A DNA stretch of 64,000 bases from Nitrosomonadales bacterium (lineage in GTDB: Bacteria > Pseudomonadota > Gammaproteobacteria > Burkholderiales > Gallionellaceae), in NCBI GenBank assembly GCA_016208015.1, contig JACQYW010000015.1, positions 43,903 through 107,902 of the forward strand. The letters are read 5' to 3'. The translations under genes and the position numbers were made by a program. The notes under the pieces were generated by a model, which was not told the origin of the DNA, searched no databases, and saw only the letters and a program-made list of their open reading frames with translations. Positions 19,678-29,767 of this stretch are shown piece after piece (the first letter of the stretch is position 1; each line of letters begins with the position of its first letter).

Positions 19678-21435
19678 GTGCTTCTTCTTCGGGGCCATGA
19701 TATCGGTGATGGTCCCTTCCGCCATCTCGGCAGCGAAGCACAAGGTCTCCGACAGCGTCGGGTGCGGGTGGATGGTGAGACCGATGTCTTCCATGTCCGC
19801 GCCCATCTCCAGCGCCAGCACGCCTTCGGCGATCAACTCACCGGCATTCACGCCGACGATGCCCATGCCGAGGATGCGGCGCGACTTGGGATCGAGCAGC
19901 ACTTTCGTTGCGCCTTCTTCGCGCGCGATCGAGAGCGCGCGGCCTGAGGCGGCCCACGGGAAGGAGGCCTTCTCGTATTCGATGCCCTGTGCCTTGGCTT
20001 GTGTCTCGGTCAGTCCCATCCATGCGATCTCGGGATCGGTGTACGCGACGGAAGGAATGGTCAATGGCTCGAAGAAAGCCTTGTGTCCGGCGATGTTCTC
20101 CGCCGCGACCTTGCCCTCGTGCACCGCCTTGTGCGCCAGCATCGGGTCGCCGACGATGTCGCCGATGGCGAAGATGTGCGGCACGTTGGTGCGCATCTGT
20201 TTGTCGACGGGGATGAATCCGCGCTCGTTGACGATGAGGCCGGCCGCTTCGGCGGCGATCTCGCGCCCGTTCGGGCGGCGGCCCACGGCCATCAGCACCT
20301 TGTCGTAGACCTGCGCTTCGGCCGGCGCCTGTTCGCCTTCGAAGGTGACCTTGAGGCCGGCCTTGGTCGCCTCGATCTTCGTGACCTTGGTCTTCAGCAT
20401 GATGGCTTCGTAACGTTTGGCGATGCGCGTGTGCAACGGCTTGACCATGTCCTTGTCGGCGCCGGGCATGATCTGGTCCATCAATTCGACCACGGATATC
20501 TTTGCGCCGAGCGCTTCGTACACCGTCGCCATCTCCAGGCCGATGATGCCGCCGCCGATGACCAGCATGCGCTTCGGCACGTCCTTCAATGCCAGCGCGC
20601 CGGTGGAGTCGATGATGCGCGGATCGTCGTAGGGGAAGCCGGGGATGCGCGCCACGCTGGAGCCGGCAGCCACGATGGCGTTATCGAAGGTGACGATCTT
20701 CTCGCCTTCGGCGGTCTGCACCGCGAAGCTGTTGGGCGAGGTGAACTTGGCGGTGCCGCGCACCACCTGTACCTTGCGCTGCTTGGCGAGCGAAGCGAGG
20801 CCGCCGGTGAGCTTGCCGATCACGCTTTCCTTCCAGGCACGGATGGCATCGATGTCGATCTTCGGTTTGGCGAAGGTCACACCGTGGTGGCTGACTTCTT
20901 CCGCCTCGTTGATCACCTTGGCCACATGCAGCAGCGCCTTGGACGGGATGCAGCCGACATTGAGGCAGACGCCGCCGAGCGACGCATGCTTCTCGATCAG
21001 CACCACCTGCTTGCCCAGGTCGGCGGCGCGGAACGCGGCGGTGTAGCCGCCGGGGCCGGCACCGAGTACAACCACTTCGGCGTGGATGTCGCCCTTGGCG
21101 ACTTTGGCTGCGGGAGTGGGCGCGGCCTGCGCTGCGGCAACCGGAGCTGCGGCCTGCGGCGCAGGAGCCGCCTTGGCCGGAGCGGGGGCGGCGGCACTGC
21201 TTTCAAGCATCAAGATGACGGAACCCTCGGAAACCTTGTCGCCGACCTTCACTTTCATCTCCTTGACCGTACCTGCGACCGGCGAAGGCACTTCCATGGT
21301 CGCCTTGTCGGTCTCCAGCGAGATGAGCGCCTGCTCCTTCTCGATCTTTTCGCCGGGCTTCACGGCGATCTCGATGACGGCGACGCCCTTGAATCCGCCG
21401 ATGTCCGGCACTTTGATTTCGATGGTTTGGCTCAT
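19675..21435 (-). CDS. lpdA: Dihydrolipoamide dehydrogenase (E3) with N-terminal lipoyl domain
   Basis: LETDKATME lipoyl site, GAGPGGY, GGVCLNVGCIPSK, HPHPTLSE. Confidence 0.97.
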   Translation of the reverse strand: MSQTIEIKVPDIGGFKGVAVIEIAVKPGEKIEKEQALISLETDKATMEVPSPVAGTVKEMKVKVGDKVSEGSVILMLESSAAAPAPAKAAPAPQAAAPVAAAQAAPTPAAKVAKGDIHAEVVVLGAGPGGYTAAFRAADLGKQVVLIEKHASLGGVCLNVGCIPSKALLHVAKVINEAEEVSHHGVTFAKPKIDIDAIRAWKESVIGKLTGGLASLAKQRKVQVVRGTAKFTSPNSFAVQTAEGEKIVTFDNAIVAAGSSVARIPGFPYDDPRIIDSTGALALKDVPKRMLVIGGGIIGLEMATVYEALGAKISVVELMDQIMPGADKDMVKPLHTRIAKRYEAIMLKTKVTKIEATKAGLKVTFEGEQAPAEAQVYDKVLMAVGRRPNGREIAAEAAGLIVNERGFIPVDKQMRTNVPHIFAIGDIVGDPMLAHKAVHEGKVAAENIAGHKAFFEPLTIPSVAYTDPEIAWMGLTETQAKAQGIEYEKASFPWAASGRALSIAREEGATKVLLDPKSRRILGMGIVGVNAGELIAEGVLALEMGADMEDIGLTIHPHPTLSETLCFAAEMAEGTITDIMAPKKKH

Positions 21436-21457
21436 GTTTTCTCCTCTTTATATTTTT

Positions 21458-21598
21458 GGTCACCTCTAAAAATCCAAACTTCGTCGCAATACTGCGTTGC
21501 TCACAAAAAATCACTCCTTACAGATTGCGTATATGCCGCGTCGTAATTTTTTGCTCGCGCCTTGTCTTGCTTAGAATTTTGAAATTTTAGAGGTAACC
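21458..21598. mobile_element. 141-bp MITE-like element with terminal inverted repeats
   Basis: GGTCACCTCTAAAAAT (21458) and ATTTTAGAGGTAACC (ends 21598). Internal CTGCGTTG (21492) and CGCGCCTT (21556) are the same core motifs as the 19538 element, on the opposite strand. Confidence 0.65.
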
Positions 21599-21603
21599 AC
21601 TAT

Positions 21604-22863
21604 TCAGACTCTGATCTGCCCGTTGCCGAGCACGATGTACTTCTGCGACGTCAGTCCTTCCAAGCCCACCGGACCGCGCGCATGGATCTTGTCGGTGGAG
21701 ATGCCGATCTCCGCGCCCAGGCCGTACTCGAAACCGTCGGCGAAGCGCGTGGAGGCGTTCACCATCACGCTGGCCGAATCCACCTCGCGCAGGAAACGCA
21801 TCGCCTTGCTGTAGTTTTCGGTGACGATACTGTCGGTGTGCTGCGAGCCGTAGGTGTTGATATGCGCAATGGCCTCGTTCAGGTCGGCAACCACGCGGAT
21901 GCTCAGGATAGGCGCGAGGTATTCGGTATGCCAGTCTTCCTCGGTCGCCGCCTTCATCTGCGTCACCAGTTTGCGCGATGCGTTGTCGCCGCGCAGTTCC
22001 ACGCCTTTGTGCAGGTAGATGGCGCACAACTCGGGCAGCACTTTTGCCGCGACCTTCGCGTTCACCAGCAGCGTTTCCATCGCATTGCACACGCCGTAGC
22101 GATGGGTCTTTGCGTTGTCGGCGATGCGGATCGCCTTGGTCAGGTCGGCGTCGTCGTCGATGTATACATGGCACACCCCGTGCAGGTGCTTGATCACCGG
22201 GATGCGCGCCTCGCTGGAAACGCGTTCGATCAATTCCTTGCCGCCGCGCGGCACGATCACGTCCACATAGTCCTTCATCGTGATGAGTTCGCCCACCGCG
22301 GCGCGGTCCACGGTATTCACCACCTGCACCGCCGTTTCCGGCAAGCCCGCTTCGCGCAGGCCCTGGTGCACGCAGGCCGCGATGGCCTGGTTGGAATGGA
22401 TCGCTTCCGAACCGCCGCGCAGGATGGCCGCGTTGCCGGACTTCAGGCACAGGCCGGCTGCATCCGCCGTCACGTTCGGGCGCGATTCGTAGATGATGCC
22501 GATGACGCCCAGCGGCACGCGCATCTTGCCGACCTGGATGCCGGAAGGGCGGTACTTCATGTCGCTGATCTCGCCGATGGGATCGGGCAGCGCGGCGATC
22601 TGGCGCAGGCCTTCGGCCATGCCCTTGACGGTCTTCTCGGTGAGGGTGAGGCGGTCGATGGAAGCCGCGTCGAGACCGTTGAGTTTTGCGTAGGCAACAT
22701 CGTTGGCGTTCGCGGCGATCAGTTTGGCGCTGTTGATCAGGATGGCCGTGGCGATGTTTTCCAGCGCATGGTTCTTGGCGTTGGTGTCGGCCATGGCCAT
22801 CAGGCGCGAGGCGGCACGGGCGGCCTGCCCGACGGATTTCATGTAGTCCTTGATGTTTTCCAT
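21604..22863 (-). CDS. proA: Gamma-glutamyl phosphate reductase
   Basis: [46 protein letters not shown]. Confidence 0.98.
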   Translation of the reverse strand: MENIKDYMKSVGQAARAASRLMAMADTNAKNHALENIATAILINSAKLIAANANDVAYAKLNGLDAASIDRLTLTEKTVKGMAEGLRQIAALPDPIGEISDMKYRPSGIQVGKMRVPLGVIGIIYESRPNVTADAAGLCLKSGNAAILRGGSEAIHSNQAIAACVHQGLREAGLPETAVQVVNTVDRAAVGELITMKDYVDVIVPRGGKELIERVSSEARIPVIKHLHGVCHVYIDDDADLTKAIRIADNAKTHRYGVCNAMETLLVNAKVAAKVLPELCAIYLHKGVELRGDNASRKLVTQMKAATEEDWHTEYLAPILSIRVVADLNEAIAHINTYGSQHTDSIVTENYSKAMRFLREVDSASVMVNASTRFADGFEYGLGAEIGISTDKIHARGPVGLEGLTSQKYIVLGNGQIRV

Positions 22864-22970
22864 GATGCTTTCAGTGAATAGCTACGGAGCGCATTTTACC
22901 CGATTGGGCGGGCGGTTTTGGTCGCGTGTGACGGGGTTGCAGCGAGAAAGCCCGCGCAGCCGTGAAAGCG

Positions 22971-25808
22971 TCAGTTCTTTTTCCGGCTGAGCATAAGCTC
23001 GAACTCATCGGCCGGAACCGGCCTGGAAAACAGGTAGCCCTGGGCGTAATCGCAGCCGGCCTCGACCAGCAGGTCTTTTTGCTGGATCGTCTCGACCCCC
23101 TCGGCGATCACCTTGAGCCCCAGCTTGTGTGCCATGACGACGATAGCCTCGATCAGCACGAGGTCATCCGAGCCCCGTTGCAAGTTGCGTACAAAGACCT
23201 GGTCGATCTTGAGGAAGTCGATATCGAACTTCCTCAGGTACGCCAGGGAGGAGTAGCCCGTGCCGAAATCGTCGATCGCCACCCGTACGCCGGCGTCATG
23301 AAAGGCCATCAGCTCATTCTGGATCTCCTGTTCGGCATTCAGCAGCAAACCCTCGGTGATCTCGAAAACGATGCTTTGTCCGGGCAGGCCGAGCTTCTCC
23401 AGATCGTTCCGCCAGTGTCTCTGGAGGGTCGAATTGACCCGGAACTGGACGGGCGACCGGTTCACGCTGACCTGAAAATCCTTGTCAAAGGCCGTTCGCC
23501 AATGCGCGACTTGCCGGGTCGCCTGCTGATAGACCCATTCCCCGATCTCGACGATCAGGCCGGTCTCCTCGGTCAACGGGATGAACTCGGCCGGCCCGAC
23601 CAGTCCGCGGACCGGATGGTTCCAGCGGATCAGGGCTTCTGCCTTGCGGATGTGCCCGCTCGCCAGCTCGATGATCGGCTGGTAATACACGCAGAACTGC
23701 TGCTTTGCCAGCGCGTTGCGCAGATCGCCAAGCAGACGCATGCGGTTCTGCGCGTCTTCCTGGAGCGTGACGGTGAAATAGCTGAAGCGGTTCCTGCCCT
23801 GGCTCTTCGACTGGTACATCGCCTGGTCGGCATTCTTCATCAGGGTCTCGGCATCCGTCGCGTCGATCGGGTAGAACGTGATGCCGATGCTGGCGGAGAT
23901 GAAGGCCTGTTCATCGTCGAGCTGGAACGGGTTGATCAGCCGGGAGATGATGTGCTGCGCGACGCGCTCCACATTGCTGGTGTCCTCGATGCCGGGAAGG
24001 ATGATGGCGAACTCGTCGCCGCCCAGACGTGCCACGGTGTCCGATTCGCGCACGCATTCGGAGATACGCAGCGCAGTCTCGACCAGCAGCGTGTCGCCCT
24101 TGTCATGGCCCAGTGTGTCGTTCACTTCCTTGAAGTTGTCGAGGTCGATGAGCATCAGGGCGAAACGCTGTCCGGCGCGATGCGCCTTCTTGAGTTCCTG
24201 ACCCAGCCGGTCGAGGAGCAGGCGGCGGTTCGGCAGTCGTGTGAGCGTGTCGTAATTGGCGAGGCTTTCCAGATGCTGCTGCGTGTTCTTCAGGTCGGTG
24301 ATGTCGGCGAAGGCGCCGATGTAATTGGTCAGTTCCCCCTGAGTATTCCTGACGGCGCTGATCGAAAGGATCTCGGCATAGAGCGTGCCGTTCTTGTTGC
24401 GGTTCCACACTTCGCCGCGCCAGTGCCCCGCGGTGGAGATGCTGTGCCACATCTCCTTGTAGAAAGACGGGTCGTGCCGCTCCGATTTCAACAGGCGGGG
24501 GTTCTTGCCCAATACCTCGTCGCGCGCATAACCGCTCACCTCCGTGAAGGCTTCGTTCACCGCGATGATGTTCCCGTCGGCTTCGGTGATCATGATGCCT
24601 TCCCAGGTGTTGTCGAACACGCTGGCATGCAGGCGCAACGCTTCTTCAGAACGTTTGCGTTCGCTGATGTCGGAGTGCGTGCCTATCATCCGCAACGGCT
24701 TGCCTTTTGCATCGCGGCTGACCAGCATCCCCCTGGCCATGATCCATTTCCAGGAACCGTCTTTGTGGCGCATGCGGAACTCGACCACATAGAAAGGTTC
24801 CTTCCCGGCCAAATATCCCCGGATGTTGGATAGCACGCGCTCCCGGTCGTCGGGATGGAGACTGTCCAGCCAGGCAGCGCCGATATCCGGGAATTCATCT
24901 TCCGCATAGCCGATCATTTCTTTCCAGCGCTTCGAGAACAGCGCCTTGTCGGTCTGCGGGTTCCAGTCCCACACACCATCACCGGCTCCTTCCAGTGCGA
25001 ACTTCCAGCGTTCCTCACTCTCGCGCAACTGGTCGTTCATCTCGCGGTTGCGCGAAATGGTGGCGAGCGCCAATGCGGCCAGCGCCAGAAAGACGGTGAT
25101 GAGGGCGATCAGAAAGGCGAGCGTATCGGTGGTGAAAACGGACGCGGGCAGGGCTGCCACGTCACCGCGCACGAAATAGGCGGCGGACATGGCGGTGTAA
25201 TGCATGCCGGAAACCGCGCAACCCATGATGACCGCGACCAGCGCGTTGCAGCGCTTCTTCAGGCAGACCACGCCGTTCTTCACGCGCAGCGCGAGATAAG
25301 ACAGGGCGACGGCGACGATGATCGACGAGGCGAACAAGGTCGGGTCGTATCGCACGAAACCTTCCATGCGGATCGCAGCCATGCCGGTGTAGTGCATGGT
25401 GCCGATGCCGGCGCCGAGCAGGATGCTGCCGGTCAGCGGAGAGAGGTGTCTGTTGCCGTGATTCCACAGCACGCCCAGCGCGACCCCGCTCGCCAGGATG
25501 CCCGGGACCATCGAAAGCAGAGTGACGAACGGGTCGTAATAGATGCCGCAGGGCAGGCTCAAGGCCAGCATGCCGATGAAATGCATCGCCCAGATGCCGA
25601 TCCCCAGGGTGAGGGCGCTGATCAGCGTCCAGGTCAGTCTGGAAGCGTCGTTGTTCAATCGCTCGACCCGGGACGAGGCGTTCAGTGCCGCATAGGAAGC
25701 GAGGATGGCGAGCAATACCGAAATGACGACCCAGGCCGGGTTGTATGTTCCGACGTAAAGCAGGCTTTGCGCGGGCGGCGTCGGCAGGAATTGGAGTGCA
25801 TCGATCAC
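22971..25808 (-). CDS. MHYT-PAS-PAS-GGDEF-EAL c-di-GMP signalling protein
   Basis: MHFIGM, MHYTGM and MHYTAM repeats; two PAS domains; GGDEF; EAL; DDFGTGYSS. Confidence 0.92.
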   Translation of the reverse strand: MIDALQFLPTPPAQSLLYVGTYNPAWVVISVLLAILASYAALNASSRVERLNNDASRLTWTLISALTLGIGIWAMHFIGMLALSLPCGIYYDPFVTLLSMVPGILASGVALGVLWNHGNRHLSPLTGSILLGAGIGTMHYTGMAAIRMEGFVRYDPTLFASSIIVAVALSYLALRVKNGVVCLKKRCNALVAVIMGCAVSGMHYTAMSAAYFVRGDVAALPASVFTTDTLAFLIALITVFLALAALALATISRNREMNDQLRESEERWKFALEGAGDGVWDWNPQTDKALFSKRWKEMIGYAEDEFPDIGAAWLDSLHPDDRERVLSNIRGYLAGKEPFYVVEFRMRHKDGSWKWIMARGMLVSRDAKGKPLRMIGTHSDISERKRSEEALRLHASVFDNTWEGIMITEADGNIIAVNEAFTEVSGYARDEVLGKNPRLLKSERHDPSFYKEMWHSISTAGHWRGEVWNRNKNGTLYAEILSISAVRNTQGELTNYIGAFADITDLKNTQQHLESLANYDTLTRLPNRRLLLDRLGQELKKAHRAGQRFALMLIDLDNFKEVNDTLGHDKGDTLLVETALRISECVRESDTVARLGGDEFAIILPGIEDTSNVERVAQHIISRLINPFQLDDEQAFISASIGITFYPIDATDAETLMKNADQAMYQSKSQGRNRFSYFTVTLQEDAQNRMRLLGDLRNALAKQQFCVYYQPIIELASGHIRKAEALIRWNHPVRGLVGPAEFIPLTEETGLIVEIGEWVYQQATRQVAHWRTAFDKDFQVSVNRSPVQFRVNSTLQRHWRNDLEKLGLPGQSIVFEITEGLLLNAEQEIQNELMAFHDAGVRVAIDDFGTGYSSLAYLRKFDIDFLKIDQVFVRNLQRGSDDLVLIEAIVVMAHKLGLKVIAEGVETIQQKDLLVEAGCDYAQGYLFSRPVPADEFELMLSRKKN

Positions 25809-25902
25809 GGAAAGGTGACTGACTTTATTTTCGAGCGTTCATTCTAGCAAACGGCAAGGATCGCCGATGCTAGAATGTTGCCCTATTTCAAGAAAGTGCA
25901 GC

Positions 25903-26709
25903 ATGTCCGACATCCTCAACAAGATCCTCGCGGTCAAAAATCTGGAAGTTGCAGCCGCATTGTCGGCAAAGCCGTTACCCGTCATCCGTGCCGAAGCCGA
26001 ACAGGCCGCGCCGGTGCGCGATTTCGTCGCCGCCATCCGCGGCAAGATCGCGGCGGGGCAGCCTGCCGTGATCGCCGAGATCAAGAAAGCCAGTCCGAGC
26101 AAAGGAGTCATACGCGCCGACTTCCGGCCGGCCGAGATCGCGGCCGGTTATGCGCGGCACGGCGCGGCCTGCCTGTCTGTGCTGACCGACGAGCAGTTCT
26201 TCCAGGGCAGCGCCGAATATCTGCAGCAGGCGCGCGCGGCCTGCGACCTGCCGGTGCTGCGCAAGGATTTCATGGTGCACGAGTACCAGGTCTATCAGGC
26301 GCGCGCGATGGGCGCGGATGCCATCCTGCTGATCGCGGCGGCGCTGACCTTGCACCAGATGAAGACGCTCGAAGCGCTGGCGCACAAGCTCGGCATGGCG
26401 GTACTGGTCGAGGTGCACGACGGCAAGGAACTGGAGATCGCCCTGCAACTGGCGACGCCGCTGATCGGCATCAATAACCGCAACCTGCGCACCTTCGAGG
26501 TGAGCCTGCAGGTCACGCTCGATCTGCTGTCGGTCATCGCCGCATCGGACAAAGGGCGGGATCGTATCGTCGTCACCGAGAGCGGCATCTTCACCGCGCA
26601 GGATGTGAAACTGATGCGCGACCACCAGGTGCATGCATTCCTCGTCGGCGAGGCATTCATGCGCGCGGACGATCCGGGCGCGGAGTTGGCGAAGGTCTTC
26701 GGGGCATAA
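25903..26709 (+). CDS. trpC: Indole-3-glycerol phosphate synthase
   Basis: [34 protein letters not shown]. Confidence 0.97.
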   Translation: MSDILNKILAVKNLEVAAALSAKPLPVIRAEAEQAAPVRDFVAAIRGKIAAGQPAVIAEIKKASPSKGVIRADFRPAEIAAGYARHGAACLSVLTDEQFFQGSAEYLQQARAACDLPVLRKDFMVHEYQVYQARAMGADAILLIAAALTLHQMKTLEALAHKLGMAVLVEVHDGKELEIALQLATPLIGINNRNLRTFEVSLQVTLDLLSVIAASDKGRDRIVVTESGIFTAQDVKLMRDHQVHAFLVGEAFMRADDPGAELAKVFGA

Positions 26710-26754
26710 CTTGTATCAGGCGTAGCCGGAAATCAAATCAGTCAGGGGTATCTC

Positions 26755-28653
26755 ATGAGTGCGATCCATCCTTCCGAACTTTCGTTTATCACCAAACACG
26801 CACCGTTCGACCGCATGGAGCTGGCGCATGTGCTGTGGATGCTGGAACGCATGAATCTCGGTTACTACGCCGAGGGCGAGGTGATCGTCTCGCCCGAGCA
26901 GGGTGCGGTGGACCGTTTTCTTGTCATCAAGCAGGGCGTGGTGCACGGCGAGCAGAGCGTGGCCAAGGCGTCGGATGCCGATACCTGGCTGGAGCTGATG
27001 GAAGGCGAATGTTTCCCGCTCGGCGCGTTGCTGGCCAACCGTCCGGTGGCCAGCGTCTACCGTGCCGGCACCGATATCTTTTGTTATGAACTTCCGGCGG
27101 ATGCTTTCCGCGAACTGATCGGACTGAGCGCGGCGTTCCGCGATTTCTGCACGCGCCGCATCGCCAATCTGCTGGAACATTCCAAGCAGGTCATCCAGGC
27201 ACAGTACAGTCAGTCCAGCGTCGAACAGCAATCGCTGGCCAGCCCGTTATCGGCCATCATCCGCCGCGCACCTGTCACCTGTCCGCCCGAAACGTCCGTG
27301 CGGCAGGCACTGGAGACCATGCGCGAGAAGCGCATCGGCTCGATGGTCGCCGCCGAGGACGGACGTCCGCTCGGCATCATGACCTTGCACGATGTACTCG
27401 ACCGTATCGCGATCCCGCAGATCGATCTGGACCAGCCGGTCATCGAGGTGATGAGCACGCAACTCAACAGTCTGCCGCCGCAGGCGCTGGCGCACGAGGC
27501 GGCGCTGATGATGGCCAAGCATGGTTTCCGCCATGTGCTGGTGGTCGAGAACGAGAAGCTGGTCGGGTTGGTCTCGGAAAAGGACCTGTTCGCCCTGCAG
27601 CGCGTCGGCCTGCGCCAGATCGGCTCCGCCATCCGCCATGCGGCCACGCCGCAGGTGTTGCAGCAGGGCGCCGCCGACATCCGCAAGATGGCGCACAACA
27701 TGATGGCGCAGGGCGTGGCGCCGGAACAATTGACCCAGTTCATCTCCGCCTTCAACGACCTGCTCACCGCGCGCGTGGTGGAACTGGAATGCAAGGCCAG
27801 CGGGCTGCTCGGCACGCCGCTGCATGACGGCCTGTGCTGGATGGCGCTGGGATCGGAAGGGCGCTTCGAGCAGACGCTGAACACCGACCAGGACAACGCC
27901 ATCATCTTCGAGGTTCCGGCAGGCATGACGGCGGACCAGGTGCGCGAAAGACTGCTGCCCGTCGCTCGGCGCATCAACGAGACGCTGGCACTGTGCGGCT
28001 TCCCGCTGTGCAAGGGCGAGATCATGGCAAGCAACCCGAAGTGGTGCCTGTCGCTGGAAGAGTGGAAACGCACCTTCAACGGCTGGATCAGCGGCGGTTC
28101 GCCGGAGTCGCTGTTGAACGCCTCCATATTCTTTGATTTCCGCGCGCTCTATGGTGCGGAGCATCTGGCCGAAGACCTGCGCGGCTGGCTGGCGCGGGTC
28201 GCCAGCGACAACAGCCGCTTCCTGCACATGATGGCCGAGAACGCGCTGCGCAACCGTCCGCCGCTGGGCGTGGTGCGCGACTTCGTGGTGGGCAAGGAGA
28301 ACAAGCTCGACCTCAAGCTCAACGGCATCACACCCTTCGTCGATGCGGCGCGCATCTTCGGTCTCGCCACCGGTGTGACGCAGACCAATACCATCCAGCG
28401 CCTGCGCGCGAGTGCGGCCAGGATGAACCTGCATGAATCGGAGATCGACGCCTGGATCGATGCCTTGCTGTTCATCCAGGTGCTGCGTCTGCGCCACCAT
28501 GACGAAGCAAGTGCGCAGGGTCTGAGTGACGATGCGCTGGATAATCTGATCGATCCCGAGAAGCTGAACGAACTCGACCGCCGCATCCTGAAGGAAGCGT
28601 TCCGCCAGGCGCGCAAACTACAGGCACGCCTGGCGCTGGAGTATCACCTGTGA
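26755..28653 (+). CDS. cNMP-binding + 2xCBS + DUF294 (GlnD-like nucleotidyltransferase) protein
   Basis: N-terminal cNMP-like domain (GECFPLGAL), CBS pair, GSEGRFEQTLNTDQDN, SIFFDFR, LDLKLNG. Confidence 0.88.
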   Translation: MSAIHPSELSFITKHAPFDRMELAHVLWMLERMNLGYYAEGEVIVSPEQGAVDRFLVIKQGVVHGEQSVAKASDADTWLELMEGECFPLGALLANRPVASVYRAGTDIFCYELPADAFRELIGLSAAFRDFCTRRIANLLEHSKQVIQAQYSQSSVEQQSLASPLSAIIRRAPVTCPPETSVRQALETMREKRIGSMVAAEDGRPLGIMTLHDVLDRIAIPQIDLDQPVIEVMSTQLNSLPPQALAHEAALMMAKHGFRHVLVVENEKLVGLVSEKDLFALQRVGLRQIGSAIRHAATPQVLQQGAADIRKMAHNMMAQGVAPEQLTQFISAFNDLLTARVVELECKASGLLGTPLHDGLCWMALGSEGRFEQTLNTDQDNAIIFEVPAGMTADQVRERLLPVARRINETLALCGFPLCKGEIMASNPKWCLSLEEWKRTFNGWISGGSPESLLNASIFFDFRALYGAEHLAEDLRGWLARVASDNSRFLHMMAENALRNRPPLGVVRDFVVGKENKLDLKLNGITPFVDAARIFGLATGVTQTNTIQRLRASAARMNLHESEIDAWIDALLFIQVLRLRHHDEASAQGLSDDALDNLIDPEKLNELDRRILKEAFRQARKLQARLALEYHL

Positions 28654-29357
28654 TGAAGTGGCTTGGCAGTTGGTTCGGTCCGAAGGTGCGGCTGGATACC
28701 GGGCAGCAGCGCCGCCTGACTGCGTGGCAGGCACTGCCGCAAGCGGAACTCAAAGTGCCGGTCGCCGAGTCGCGCTGCGTCGTCGTGGACGTGGAGACCA
28801 CCGGCCTCAACCTGATGCAGGACCGGCTCATCTCCATCGGTGCCGTGGCGGTGGTCAACGGCAAGATCGCGCTGGGCGACAGCTTCTACGTGGTGTTGCA
28901 GCAACAGGCGGCCAGCGACAAGGGCAACATCCTGCTGCATGGCATCGGTACTTCGGCGCAGCTCGAGGGCGAGCCGCCGGTCGAGGCGCTGCTGGCCTTT
29001 CTGGAGTATCTCGGCAAATCGCCGCTGGTCGCTTTTCACGTGACCTTCGACGAGACCATGATCAAGCGCGCCCTGCGCGATTATCTGGGACTCAACTTCA
29101 AACATCCGTGGTCGGATCTGGCCTATGTGATGCCCGGTCTCAACCCGCCGCTGGCGCGCAAATATCGCGCGCTGGATCACTGGATCGGACATTTCAACAT
29201 CCGCATCGATGCCCGCCACAACGCACTGGCCGATGCTCTCGCCACCGCGCAACTGTTCCAGGTCGCGCATGCCCAGGCACTCGGCAAGAACATCCCCGAC
29301 ATGGCCGGCCTGCGTGACCTGGAAAAGAACCAGCGCTGGGTCAGTGCTGTAAGTTGA
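28653..29357 (+). CDS. DEDDh 3'-5' exonuclease (DnaQ-like)
   Basis: VVDVETTG, FHVTFD, HNALADA. TGATG coupling to the upstream gene. Confidence 0.9.
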   Translation: MKWLGSWFGPKVRLDTGQQRRLTAWQALPQAELKVPVAESRCVVVDVETTGLNLMQDRLISIGAVAVVNGKIALGDSFYVVLQQQAASDKGNILLHGIGTSAQLEGEPPVEALLAFLEYLGKSPLVAFHVTFDETMIKRALRDYLGLNFKHPWSDLAYVMPGLNPPLARKYRALDHWIGHFNIRIDARHNALADALATAQLFQVAHAQALGKNIPDMAGLRDLEKNQRWVSAVS

Positions 29358-29366
29358 ACGTAAGTC
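29347..29366 (+). promoter_or_regulatory. Putative OmpR-family response-regulator box upstream of DUF485-actP
   Basis: CTGTAAGTTGAACGTAAGTC: GTAAG repeated at 11-bp spacing. Shares CTGTAAGTTG with the box at 34878. Confidence 0.5.
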
Positions 29367-29446
29367 TCCACGCGTAATCTCGCGCCCCGTTTGATAGGGG
29401 GAAGTGGGGGTTTTTAAACCCATCTTTTTATAAATAAGGAGCTTAC

Positions 29447-29767
29447 ATGTCCAGCAGCAACTTCAATTGGGCGGTGATCGATGCCGATCCCAAATTTCAG
29501 GCTCTGCACCGGAAGAAGACTTTCTTCCTGTGGGGGCTGATGGTTTTTTCCATCATCTATTACTTCCTGTTGCCCATCGGTGCGGCGTATTACCAGGAGC
29601 TGTTCAAGACCAAGGTGTGGGGCGTCGTCAACTTCGGCCTGCTGTTCGCCTTGTCCGAGTTCGTGGTGGCCTGGGTGATCGCGTTCGTCTATTCGAAGAA
29701 GGCCAATGCCCAATTCGACGCGATGGCGCAAGAGATCATCAACGATGTGAATAGCGGGAGGATCTGA
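29447..29767 (+). CDS. DUF485 (YjcH-like) small membrane partner of ActP
   Basis: DPKFQALHRKK, two TM helices, YSKKANAQFD. Coupled to actP. Confidence 0.88.
   Translation: MSSSNFNWAVIDADPKFQALHRKKTFFLWGLMVFSIIYYFLLPIGAAYYQELFKTKVWGVVNFGLLFALSEFVVAWVIAFVYSKKANAQFDAMAQEIINDVNSGRI

Noticed and set aside
19538-19741. 67-aa ORF (LRTYCAVNMLRC...) and similar short ORFs at 21203, 46399, 46503, 53651 and 54549
   Set aside because: Translations of intergenic repeat elements, not genes.
1022-24833. Other long antisense or alternative-frame ORFs (1022..2575, 6339..8213, 19999..21546, 22962..24833 and others)
   Set aside because: Each fully overlaps a well-supported gene and has the low-complexity Arg/Gly/His-rich composition of non-coding frames.
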